From an uncultured Erysipelotrichaceae bacterium (lineage in GTDB: Bacteria > Bacillota_I > Bacilli_A > RFN20 > CAG-826), in the NCBI GenBank assembly GCA_902798595.1, contig CADBXE010000003.1:10792-74791 (forward strand): a stretch of DNA of 64,000 nucleotides, read 5' to 3'. This document shows positions 34,506-43,165 of this stretch, piece by piece (the first letter of the stretch is position 1; each line of letters begins with the position of its first letter). A program made the translations under genes and the position numbers. The notes beneath the pieces are model-generated. The model was given only the letters and a program-made list of their open reading frames with translations, did no database searches and was not told where the DNA came from.

Positions 34506-35894
34506 ATGAGAAAACATATTAGATTATTTGCCCTAGCATTAGTTCCGTTAATGGTAGTGGCGTGTCAAAAACCAAACACATCTAGTGAAATTAGTGGTAG
34601 TGAATCTTCAATTATTTCTAGCTCCGAAGAATCAGTAACTACTTCTAGTACCACTAGTGAAGTAAGTACATCATCCTCTTCTTCGATTGTTTCCTCTACT
34701 TCTAGCAGTAGTAGCAGCACATCTTCTTCCAGCATTTCATCCTCAACAAGTAGTGCACCATCTTCTACAAGCATTCCTTCAAGCAGCAGCAGTTCTTCCT
34801 CTAGTACATCTAGTGAAAAACCTGCTATGACACCAGAAGATGTTAAACTTGGTGAATTATATGTTGCCCATTATTGGGATGAGACAATTAAAAGCGTTGC
34901 CAAAAGAGCTTTAGGCGATTCATGGGAAAAAGTTCCTGAATTCATTGCCCCAAGCTATGACACAATGCTTAAAAAAGAGACCGTTGATGGTCAAGAAGTC
35001 CTCGTTATGGAAGTTGCCTGCTATGGCATCAATCCAAAAAGTTGTGTCCGTCTTTATAGAGAAAAGATGGAACAATATGGCTACTATTTCAGTGGTTATG
35101 GCGATTATGGTTACCAAATGGAGGACTATTATTCAGACTTATATTTAAGTTATGAAATTTGTGAAGAAAATAGCAGCGACCCATATTTCTTAATTTCCGC
35201 TTTTATTAAGCAAACAAGAGAAAAGGTGTGGGCTGGTGAATTCATTAACTTATATACAGGTATGAACATTCCAGTGTGTGACGCTAAATGTTACTACACT
35301 GTCTACGATAATATAAAAGACACTCTTTCAGTGACAGCGTTGTTTATCGACCGTCAAACCGCTTTAACTACATACATGAATCAATTATGTAATAGTGGTT
35401 TCACTGTTCATAGCACTGACGCTCATGGCATCACCACCTTGATCAGTGATGATGGTTATCTCACTGCGCAGTTATATATCACCGCGAGTGATTATGAATG
35501 TGATGCCTTATATATCAACTTTGTGAACTTATGGCCAAGCATTGGTATTACTTCATTTGTCGGTGCCACAAACTTCCCAAAACTTGATAGTGAATCTGCA
35601 ATCTATGATGGTTATTCATATGTTGATTCAAAAGGCCAAGGTAGAGATGAAGATTACACCCTTTGTATATACTACAAACAAGCCTCTTCCACTGATTTTG
35701 GTACATACGTTAACCAATTAGCACAATTAGGCTTAAACAAAGGTGAAACAGTCGTCTATGACGATAATGTCACATATAGTGTTGATCTTGATGTCACCAC
35801 AAGTGAAAACTTCTACGTTCATATTAGTGTGTTATACCGTTCATCAACAAATGTTCTTTGTATTGTTATATTCCAAGGAATCATTCTCAAATAG
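34506..35894 (+). CDS. Hypothetical lipoprotein with Ser-rich linker
   Basis: 462-aa ORF with a GGAGGG RBS. Lipobox LMVVAC, followed by ~80 aa that are almost pure Ser/Thr. Confidence 0.75.
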   Translation: MRKHIRLFALALVPLMVVACQKPNTSSEISGSESSIISSSEESVTTSSTTSEVSTSSSSSIVSSTSSSSSSTSSSSISSSTSSAPSSTSIPSSSSSSSSSTSSEKPAMTPEDVKLGELYVAHYWDETIKSVAKRALGDSWEKVPEFIAPSYDTMLKKETVDGQEVLVMEVACYGINPKSCVRLYREKMEQYGYYFSGYGDYGYQMEDYYSDLYLSYEICEENSSDPYFLISAFIKQTREKVWAGEFINLYTGMNIPVCDAKCYYTVYDNIKDTLSVTALFIDRQTALTTYMNQLCNSGFTVHSTDAHGITTLISDDGYLTAQLYITASDYECDALYINFVNLWPSIGITSFVGATNFPKLDSESAIYDGYSYVDSKGQGRDEDYTLCIYYKQASSTDFGTYVNQLAQLGLNKGETVVYDDNVTYSVDLDVTTSENFYVHISVLYRSSTNVLCIVIFQGIILK

Positions 35895-35907
35895 GAGATA
35901 AGTCATT

Positions 35908-38421
35908 ATGAAAAAACAATTATTATTTTTAGCGCTTCTCTCTGGCTTAGTTATCTCTGGTTGCCACAAACCAACATCCACAAATAGTGAATCAAGTAAC
36001 TCCGCTAGCGAAAGCACATCAACATCATTAACAACAAGCGAAGGAGAAACAACTTCTAGTGTTACTTCTTCCACAAGTACTTCTACATCTACTAGCACAT
36101 CTAGTTCTAATCCAAGTACTACATCAAATCCAAGTTCAAACCCAACATCTAGCTCAACATCTAACCCAAACACAAACACCAGCTCTAGTTCCTCTTCTAG
36201 CTCTCAATTACCACCTCCACCAGTGATTGTTGGTACTGGTCTTGAAGAAGCTTTAAAGAAAGACTACAGTAACATGACCGTTGAATTCGCTTTGAATTCC
36301 GAAATGTATGGTGAAGAAAGCGGTGTTGAATACTACTGTGGCAAAAACAACTTTGTTGCGGTTTTAAATAGCAATGCTGCACAAACAATGGGTTATGAAC
36401 GCGCTTGGGATTTCTATTGCTTCTATGAAGGCGAATCTTATACCTACTGGGGTGAAGATATGCGCATGCAAACAACTGGTTGGATTTCTACAGGCAGCCA
36501 AGGTACTAAAGTTGGTATCGACAAAGTATATTTCTACATGCCATATTTCTTAAACGTTCTTACTGAAAATGACGCTGAAAGCGTCTTAGGCAGTTATGTC
36601 GTTAAAGAATCATCAATTGAAAAAATCATGGGTGGCTTAAAGTTCTTATGGACTAACGATATTACATATATTGATTTCTTCATCAATGAAGATGGTTACA
36701 TCAGCCGTATCAGAGGCTTTGATGATCCTAATGATGACTCAATCGGCTTTGCTATTAAATTAAGCAATTTTGGCATCACAAAAACTCCTGAATCAATTAA
36801 TATCCCACCAGAAATTAATGAATCAAACATTAAAACATACGCTGATATGTTAGGTCATGAAGAAGAACCAAATGTTTATATTGAAAGCATGACCATTAAC
36901 ATCAATGAAACAGTGGAAAGTGATGAACAACATCAAATCGTCATGTATCCAGATGATTCAGTCGATGTTTCCTTCTCCTACTTACCAGCAAACGCTAATA
37001 AGAAAGAAGTTCACTGGCACACATCTAACGAAGATGTTGTTGAACTTATTCCATCATTTGAATCTGGTCACCAATACTTAAGAGCAGTCTCTGAAGGTGA
37101 AGCAGAAATCTATGTCACACACATTAACGGTGACAAACAAACAATTACATCTGAAAAACTTAAAGTCAAAGTCAACGCTCCAAAACAAGTGGAACAAAGC
37201 GCTCAAGACGTCTATAGATTCCAATTAATTGATGCTATTTCCGCAGATAATGATGGTCACTATGATGTCAGTGCTGTTAACACCATTGCTGGCAGCAAAG
37301 CACCATTTGATATCACCACTTGGAGAGTGGACGTGAGAGATGGCCGCAACAGTGACAACTTTGCTGATACTGATGTCGTCTTCTATAGCGCTCCAAATAG
37401 CCAAACAAACGCTTATGGTGATGGTGGTTTCCAAGATTCAATCTTCTTTGATTTTGCTAACCAACAAGTCAATAAAATTTCCTTTTCTTATGCGATGTTT
37501 AGATGCAATTCTAAGAACTCCTTAAGTCGTCTTGAATCAGTTACTATCTTAACAAGTAATGATGGTTCTAGCTGGGCCACAATTGACGTGACTGATGAAG
37601 TGAGAGCGGAATTTGAAAAAGCTTCCTTAAGCACAGGTATGTCTCCAAAAGTTATGAGTAAGACATTCTTACCAGCTTCTATGGTCAAAGTCGTCCTTAA
37701 GGCTAACCAAATCGGTGGCTATGACTTAGCAATCGGTTTAAAAGATTTCGTCTTCTCAGCGGACGAAAACTGCGCGAATTTCGATGATGTAGAGGCTGTC
37801 CCAGTGACTTCCATCGTCGCTAGCGCTCCAAGAGATAGATTAAAGATTGGTTCATCCATGAAATTAACTGCGAAAGTTAATCCAGAAGATGCTTCTAATA
37901 AAAACGTCAGATGGGTTTCTGAAAATCCAGAAATCGTTTCTGTTGACTCAAGAACTGGTTTAGTTACTGCTTTGGATGAAGGTAGCGCTCAAATCTATGC
38001 TGTTTCCACAACTAATAGTGAAATGATTTCTAACAAAGTTAGTATCACCACATATAGCCAAGAAACAATTGGTGATTTAGACAATATCTTCATTGGCAAA
38101 GTCTTCTATGCTAGCGATGTGATGAGTGGTAACAACAAATACAATGTCACATTCACAGTGAAAGACGAAACAACAGCAACCTTAATCCTTGCCTTAGACT
38201 TAGGCTTAGGTCAACCAATTGAACTCACCTATAACTTAGTCTTTGATCACTATGATTACGTTTCTGAAATCTATGAATTCGTTGGCACAAATGGTGAATT
38301 TGTTACTGTTAAATTAGCCGCAGATGGCAGCTATATTGAATTAACATATAGAGCCACATATGAAAGTGATTACACATTCGGTGATGCCGCTAGTGGTATC
38401 ATCCTTAGCAAGGTGAAATAA
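35908..38421 (+). CDS. Lipoprotein with Ser/Thr/Pro linker and Big_2-type Ig-like domains
   Basis: 837-aa ORF with lipobox LVISGC. Big_2-like segments (..VSFSYLPANANKKEVHWHTSNEDVVEL..; ..LKIGSSMKLTAKVNPEDASNKNVRWVSENPEIVSVDSRTGLVTALDEGSAQIYA). Confidence 0.75.
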   Translation: MKKQLLFLALLSGLVISGCHKPTSTNSESSNSASESTSTSLTTSEGETTSSVTSSTSTSTSTSTSSSNPSTTSNPSSNPTSSSTSNPNTNTSSSSSSSSQLPPPPVIVGTGLEEALKKDYSNMTVEFALNSEMYGEESGVEYYCGKNNFVAVLNSNAAQTMGYERAWDFYCFYEGESYTYWGEDMRMQTTGWISTGSQGTKVGIDKVYFYMPYFLNVLTENDAESVLGSYVVKESSIEKIMGGLKFLWTNDITYIDFFINEDGYISRIRGFDDPNDDSIGFAIKLSNFGITKTPESINIPPEINESNIKTYADMLGHEEEPNVYIESMTININETVESDEQHQIVMYPDDSVDVSFSYLPANANKKEVHWHTSNEDVVELIPSFESGHQYLRAVSEGEAEIYVTHINGDKQTITSEKLKVKVNAPKQVEQSAQDVYRFQLIDAISADNDGHYDVSAVNTIAGSKAPFDITTWRVDVRDGRNSDNFADTDVVFYSAPNSQTNAYGDGGFQDSIFFDFANQQVNKISFSYAMFRCNSKNSLSRLESVTILTSNDGSSWATIDVTDEVRAEFEKASLSTGMSPKVMSKTFLPASMVKVVLKANQIGGYDLAIGLKDFVFSADENCANFDDVEAVPVTSIVASAPRDRLKIGSSMKLTAKVNPEDASNKNVRWVSENPEIVSVDSRTGLVTALDEGSAQIYAVSTTNSEMISNKVSITTYSQETIGDLDNIFIGKVFYASDVMSGNNKYNVTFTVKDETTATLILALDLGLGQPIELTYNLVFDHYDYVSEIYEFVGTNGEFVTVKLAADGSYIELTYRATYESDYTFGDAASGIILSKVK

Positions 38422-38423
38422 TC

Positions 38424-39491
38424 ATGAAGAATTTACGTTATTTATTAATTATTCCAGCTTTATTACTAGGGGCTTGCAAAGGCAAGTCCTCTAGTGAAGA
38501 GCCAATAAGTAGCGGAACTGAATCTAGCACTAGTGAAGTGAGTAGTGTTTCTACCACTAGCAGTGTGGAATCACTCATCTCTAGTGTTAGTTCGTCAACA
38601 TCATCTATTCCTTCTTCAATCCCTTCGTCTTCATCCTCCTCTTCTTCATCTAGTTCTTCTAGTGAACCAGAGATCAATCCACTAGTGAAAGATTCTAAAT
38701 GGGGTCAACAAGCCGCACAAGCATGCTATGACGCTATTGGGGATGTCATTCCTTATATGGACTGTGAAGCCTTTGAATATGAAACCACAACTGATAGCTA
38801 TGGTGATGCCGCTTTTTGGTTCTACTTATACTATGAAAGCGAAGAAATTGCTGAATCTAAAATCGTTGATTACGCTTATGTTGCCTGGGAAATTGGCTAC
38901 TATGAATGCGTAGTTAAACCAGATTGGTTCAATGATGGTAACTTCTACTGGCAACAAACCGCTTTATACGCTGATAAGACATTAAATAAATACCAAGCTG
39001 TGGAAATTGTCGGTGTTGCTTCTATTAAAAGCTATAACGGCAAACAAATGGGCTGTTTAGGCTTATATAGCTTCAACTACGTGCCAAATGTAGATAAAAC
39101 TAAATTCCCAATGAACGCTGTGGAAGTGTACTTAGATTGGTATACTCCAGTTCCTGAAATTGAAGGAGAAGGGTATACATTCTCATTCCAATTCATCGTC
39201 TTTGAAGATGGTAGCAAGTGCTTACAAGTCCTCGTGAAGTCCGATGATAAGTTTTATGAAATGGAAGAAGAGTATTTCTATGCTTTATTAGGTAGAAGAT
39301 ATCGTATTGCCCAATGGGATGAAAGCGTTGGAGATTTTACCGAACATATTTTTGAACAAGGTGATACTTATCCAGAATACGAAGATTCAATTTGCTACTA
39401 TGCTTATGAAAGATTCGGCTCATTCTTCATCTATGTGGATTACGATTTATCCAACGGTGTTTTGGTTCTAGAATTCTACACTCTCGGATAA
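38424..39491 (+). CDS. Hypothetical lipoprotein with Ser-rich linker
   Basis: 355-aa ORF starting 2 nt after the upstream stop. Lipobox LLLGAC, then a poly-Ser tract. Confidence 0.75.
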   Translation: MKNLRYLLIIPALLLGACKGKSSSEEPISSGTESSTSEVSSVSTTSSVESLISSVSSSTSSIPSSIPSSSSSSSSSSSSSEPEINPLVKDSKWGQQAAQACYDAIGDVIPYMDCEAFEYETTTDSYGDAAFWFYLYYESEEIAESKIVDYAYVAWEIGYYECVVKPDWFNDGNFYWQQTALYADKTLNKYQAVEIVGVASIKSYNGKQMGCLGLYSFNYVPNVDKTKFPMNAVEVYLDWYTPVPEIEGEGYTFSFQFIVFEDGSKCLQVLVKSDDKFYEMEEEYFYALLGRRYRIAQWDESVGDFTEHIFEQGDTYPEYEDSICYYAYERFGSFFIYVDYDLSNGVLVLEFYTLG

Positions 39492-39511
39492 TCTTTAATC
39501 AAATTATTGAT

Positions 39512-39541
39512 AAGACGTCTACATTTGTAGGCGTCTTTTTC
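39512..39541 (+). terminator. Rho-independent terminator
   Basis: AAGACGTCTAC-ATTT-GTAGGCGTCTT stem followed by TTTTT. Confidence 0.8.
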
Positions 39542-39618
39542 TTGCTTTTATTTAAACGTTATCTTTTTGTTTCTTAACAAAATAGTGCATGCTAACATTA
39601 AGTATCTGAGGTAGGGTT

Positions 39619-40866
39619 ATGGAAATATATCGTGGTCACATTGTCTATTCTAAAAATTCCAAAGAGTTAGAAGAGATATCAAATGGTTATATCGTTGTTA
39701 ATAACGGTGTTATCCAAGATGTATTTAAAGAACTACCTACACAATTTAGTGAAGAAAAGATTATCGATTTTGGTAAGGGTGTTATTATCCCTGCTTTTAG
39801 CGATTTGCATGTGCACGCTCCGCAATATCCTAATCGCGGAATAGCGATGGATGCTTTGCTATATGATTGGCTTAATCAATATACGTTCCCTTTAGAAAGC
39901 AAATATCAAGATGAAGAGTTTGCAAAACAAGTCTACAGTGCGTTTATTGATAATTTAATTAAGCACGGCACAATGCACGCAGTAGTGTTCTCCACAATTC
40001 ATAATCAGGCTTCTGATATCTTGATTAAAGGATTAGAAGATAAAGGCATCTTATCTTATGTTGGTAAGGTTAATATGGATAAGGATAGCCCTGATTATTT
40101 AATTGAAGAAACAACGCAATCAATTAAAGACACCGAGAATTTTATCAAGAAACATCTTAATAACAAATACGCTAAACCGATATTAACTCCAAGATTTGCA
40201 CCTACTTGTTCTTTTGAGCTATTAAAAGAATTAGGCGAACTCGCTGATAAATATCATATTGGCTGTCAAACCCATATCGTTGAATCATTATGGGAAAAAG
40301 AAGAGGCTAAAAAATGCTTTAAAGACTGTAGATGTGATATGCAAATATATGAGGAAGCAGGTCTATTAAAAAATAAACCATTTATCGCTGCGCATTTCAT
40401 CTTCCCAAGTGAAGAAGATATCGCCTTATTGAATAAGTGTGAAGGCTACGCTGTTCAATGTCCTGACGCCACAACGAATGTTATTGCTGGTATCATGCAA
40501 ACAGGTAAATTACTTGATACGGGTATTAATTTAGGTATTGGTAGTGATATCTCTGCAGGATCATATCTAGGTATTTATAGACAAGTAGCTAGCTCAGTTA
40601 GATTATCTAAAATCAAATCATTCTATGAACCTGATAATAGAATAATTTCATTCAATGAAGCCTTTTATATGGCCACGAAAAAGAGTGGGGCGTTATTTGG
40701 TAAAGTTGGCAGTTTAGAAAAAGGCTATAGTTTTGATGCTTTAGTGATTGATGATTTAGAGGATGATTTTATAACACTAAAGCCCACAGAAATCGTGGAA
40801 CGCTTCTGCTACTCAGGAGAAGTTAGCAACATTAAACATAAATTCCTCAGAGGTAAGGAAATATAA
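39619..40866 (+). CDS. guaD: Guanine deaminase (amidohydrolase superfamily)
   Basis: 415-aa ORF. HVHAPQYPNRG...LLYDWLNQYTFPLESKYQDEEFA...GTMHAVVFSTIH and HIVES parallel the E. coli GuaD metal-binding and substrate motifs. Confidence 0.7.
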   Translation: MEIYRGHIVYSKNSKELEEISNGYIVVNNGVIQDVFKELPTQFSEEKIIDFGKGVIIPAFSDLHVHAPQYPNRGIAMDALLYDWLNQYTFPLESKYQDEEFAKQVYSAFIDNLIKHGTMHAVVFSTIHNQASDILIKGLEDKGILSYVGKVNMDKDSPDYLIEETTQSIKDTENFIKKHLNNKYAKPILTPRFAPTCSFELLKELGELADKYHIGCQTHIVESLWEKEEAKKCFKDCRCDMQIYEEAGLLKNKPFIAAHFIFPSEEDIALLNKCEGYAVQCPDATTNVIAGIMQTGKLLDTGINLGIGSDISAGSYLGIYRQVASSVRLSKIKSFYEPDNRIISFNEAFYMATKKSGALFGKVGSLEKGYSFDALVIDDLEDDFITLKPTEIVERFCYSGEVSNIKHKFLRGKEI

Positions 40867-40917
40867 GCAAAACAAAAAGGCGCTAGGAGAAGGAAGGCGC
40901 CTTTTTGAAAGGAATTA

Positions 40918-41835
40918 TTACTTATCCAGGAATTGTTCGAATTTTTCAGCGAACAATTTGCCGAGTAATACTTGTGATTCCGTATCGTAGTGAGCGGTAT
41001 CCACTTCATCAAATGGTTCTTGGTTAGTGTGTAGACCCGCTTCAATGGTGTCGATATAAATATTGTTTTCACTATCGTTAGCGAACTGTTCTTTAGCTTC
41101 GTTAACTTTGCGATAGTATTGCCACTGTGGTGAATTATTAATACCTGCATCAATAAATGGTATTTCTTTATTGCCTGCAAGTTCTTTTAAGTCTGTTCTG
41201 ACGTTGCCAACGAATTCTTTTAAGTTATCGTAGTACTCTTGATAGTAACCATCATAGGAATCGCCTTCACCTTGCATCCAACAGAATGCTTTAATAGTGG
41301 GCTCATAGCCTTGTTTTTTAAGATTACCCATTTGGTTCTTCACATATTCAATGAAACGACCATACATTGGGGAATTACGCTTTGTCCAATCATCTTTAAG
41401 ATTAGAAGCACCACAAGCGTATTTAATTAAAAATAATTTTCCAGCGTACTTTTCATGCATACTTTCCGCGATACCAATTTCAGGACCGAATGTCGATAAA
41501 GAGTTACCTTGACCTAACATGACTTTCACAAAGCCATCATCTTTAGATTTGTTTTGTGAAAAGAAGTAGAAAGAATTATCTGCTTTCACATCTTTAGTCC
41601 AACAGTCGTAAGCAATCTTAATGCCTTCGTATCCTCTCATATATTCGGTTTCCTTGGAGGAACCGATGCTTCTTTTAATACATTTGGTAAATGTACAGCC
41701 AACTGCGTTACTTTGACCAGAGATAACCACAACATCAATTGGTTTTAATTCTTTTGGTTCCTCTGGTTTGTTTTGACAACCGATAGTGGAAAAAACCACT
41801 GGTGATAAGAGAAATAGTTTAAAAATGTTTTTCAT
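40918..41835 (-). CDS. Lipoprotein carbohydrate esterase, sialate-O-acetylesterase (SASA/DUF303)-like
   Basis: The likely start is the ATG at 41835 (MKNIFKLFLLSPVVFSTIGC lipobox); the track ORF extends to 41928. The VVVISGQSNAVG motif is typical of the SASA family. Confidence 0.7.
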   Translation of the reverse strand: MKNIFKLFLLSPVVFSTIGCQNKPEEPKELKPIDVVVISGQSNAVGCTFTKCIKRSIGSSKETEYMRGYEGIKIAYDCWTKDVKADNSFYFFSQNKSKDDGFVKVMLGQGNSLSTFGPEIGIAESMHEKYAGKLFLIKYACGASNLKDDWTKRNSPMYGRFIEYVKNQMGNLKKQGYEPTIKAFCWMQGEGDSYDGYYQEYYDNLKEFVGNVRTDLKELAGNKEIPFIDAGINNSPQWQYYRKVNEAKEQFANDSENNIYIDTIEAGLHTNQEPFDEVDTAHYDTESQVLLGKLFAEKFEQFLDK

Positions 41836-41853
41836 ACATTTATATAATAAACA

Positions 41854-41870
41854 ATGTTTTAGTAAACTTT
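41854..41870. promoter_or_regulatory. Copy 1 of the 17-nt exact repeat ATGTTTTAGTAAACTTT (candidate operator)
   Basis: Lies in the divergent intergenic region between the 41835(-) and 41928(+) genes. A second TTTTAGTAAAC follows 20 nt later (41877-41887). Confidence 0.45.
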
Positions 41871-41927
41871 CTAAATTTTTAGTAAACAAAACTAATTTTA
41901 TTTGCGGATTCTTTCGCACAATATACA

Positions 41928-42902
41928 ATGAAGTCGATGAATGATATTGCTAGATTACATATTAATGGTAGATATCTTTTTAAAGATAATCTCCTCTATT
42001 TATATAATGGTGGCTCCTCCGTTTCTTTTAAAATGTATGGAACCGCTTTTACTGTCAAACTAGAACATATTCCTTCTCCAGGATATTTCTATATCGTTAT
42101 TGATAGAGACTTTAAGAATAAACGCAAAATCTTTAATGATGAGGGTTTTCAAAGTGTTGTCTTTAAGAAAAAAAGTATTCATTACATCGATATTATTAAA
42201 GCCAATGAGGCTAATGATGACACCTTGTTAATTCAGGATATTGCCGTTAATGGAGAGATGTTAAAATACGATCATGAATACACTAAAAAGGTAAGAGTGT
42301 TTGGAGACTCCACAGTTGCGGGTTTTGGTATCTTAGGTCATCATGAAGAGGCATCTATCCATACCTCTGATTCAGTGCAAGATTTTGTTTATCAAGCTTT
42401 ATATGAACTTAATATGGAAAGCGATATCTTCTCTGCTTCTGGTTGGGGCTTAACTTTTTCTAGCTATACATCACCAAAAAATATCGGTGTCATCGATTTT
42501 ATTAAAAAAGTTGAAGTAAATTCCAATATTGATTATGAAGATGAATTTAAACCAGATTTATTAATTATTTCTCTAGGTTGTAATGATAATTCTTATATCG
42601 AAGAAGACCCGCTTTTTAGGGAAACAAGAATCAATTATTTTAAGCGACAATATCAGGCTCTTATTGATTCACAAATAAAGGACAATAAAGAACTTAAAAT
42701 ATTAATGGTTTATGGCACTTTAAAAGAAGAAAATGCCTACTATTTATATGAAGAAGTTTATGAATATCTAAAACCTTTATATAAATATTTATATATCCAT
42801 AAGTTTAATGGCGATAATTCAGCGATTAGTAACCATGCTTATGTGAGTGCTCACGAAAGAATGAAAGAAGAACTCAAAACAGTCATTAAAGAGATCTTGT
42901 AA
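41928..42902 (+). CDS. SGNH/GDSL esterase with N-terminal beta-sandwich (CE2-like acetyl esterase)
   Basis: 324-aa ORF. RVFGDSTVAGFG (block I GDS) and SLGCNDN (block III). The ~120-aa N-terminal extension resembles that of CE2 enzymes. Confidence 0.65.
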   Translation: MKSMNDIARLHINGRYLFKDNLLYLYNGGSSVSFKMYGTAFTVKLEHIPSPGYFYIVIDRDFKNKRKIFNDEGFQSVVFKKKSIHYIDIIKANEANDDTLLIQDIAVNGEMLKYDHEYTKKVRVFGDSTVAGFGILGHHEEASIHTSDSVQDFVYQALYELNMESDIFSASGWGLTFSSYTSPKNIGVIDFIKKVEVNSNIDYEDEFKPDLLIISLGCNDNSYIEEDPLFRETRINYFKRQYQALIDSQIKDNKELKILMVYGTLKEENAYYLYEEVYEYLKPLYKYLYIHKFNGDNSAISNHAYVSAHERMKEELKTVIKEIL

Positions 42903-43013
42903 AAAGCACTAAAAAATAAACGAAATTTTAAAAAGTTTACAAACGCTTTTTTTCTTTATATATCCTTAATTATTTATTTTATTTTTATATATTTATTTTT
43001 AGTTTATCTTCAT

Positions 43014-43030
43014 ATGTTTTAGTAAACTTT
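43014..43030. promoter_or_regulatory. Copy 2 of the 17-nt exact repeat ATGTTTTAGTAAACTTT
   Basis: Followed by an inverted partner: GTAAAC (43022-43027) - N10 - GTTTAC (43038-43043). Upstream of the 43166 lipoprotein gene. Confidence 0.45.
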
Positions 43031-43093
43031 TCAAAATGTTTACAAAAAACACCCTAAAGTTTATCAGTTTTTACTTTAATAGCCATTTCATCG

Positions 43094-43107
43094 TGCATTA
43101 TAATGCA
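43094..43107. promoter_or_regulatory. Perfect 14-nt palindrome TGCATTATAATGCA overlapping a TATAAT box
   Basis: Self-complementary by inspection. A related 13-nt palindrome, TTGCATAATGCAA, is at 43139-43151. Confidence 0.45.
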
Positions 43108-43165
43108 ATTGTCAAGGAGTCCAAAACTCTCTTACATATTGCATAATGCAAGGAAGGAAAATCTT

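Noticed and set aside
35844-36179. Antisense or overlapping short ORFs from the track, including 35844-36179(-), 34565-34774(-), 31050-31250(-), 38438-38677(-), 11793-12059(-), 43957-44256(-), 61707-62048(-), 62089-62343(-), 63728-63991(-), 40809-41180(-) and the 60-120-aa ORFs nested in long genes
   Set aside because: All lie inside, or opposite to, long ORFs with clear domain content. Many mirror Ser/Thr/Glu low-complexity tracts. None has an RBS or an independent motif. I treat them as chance ORFs.
39542-39618. Purine riboswitch upstream of the guanine deaminase gene
   Set aside because: The 77-nt leader shows none of the conserved purine-riboswitch loop or junction sequences and no three-way junction potential by eye.
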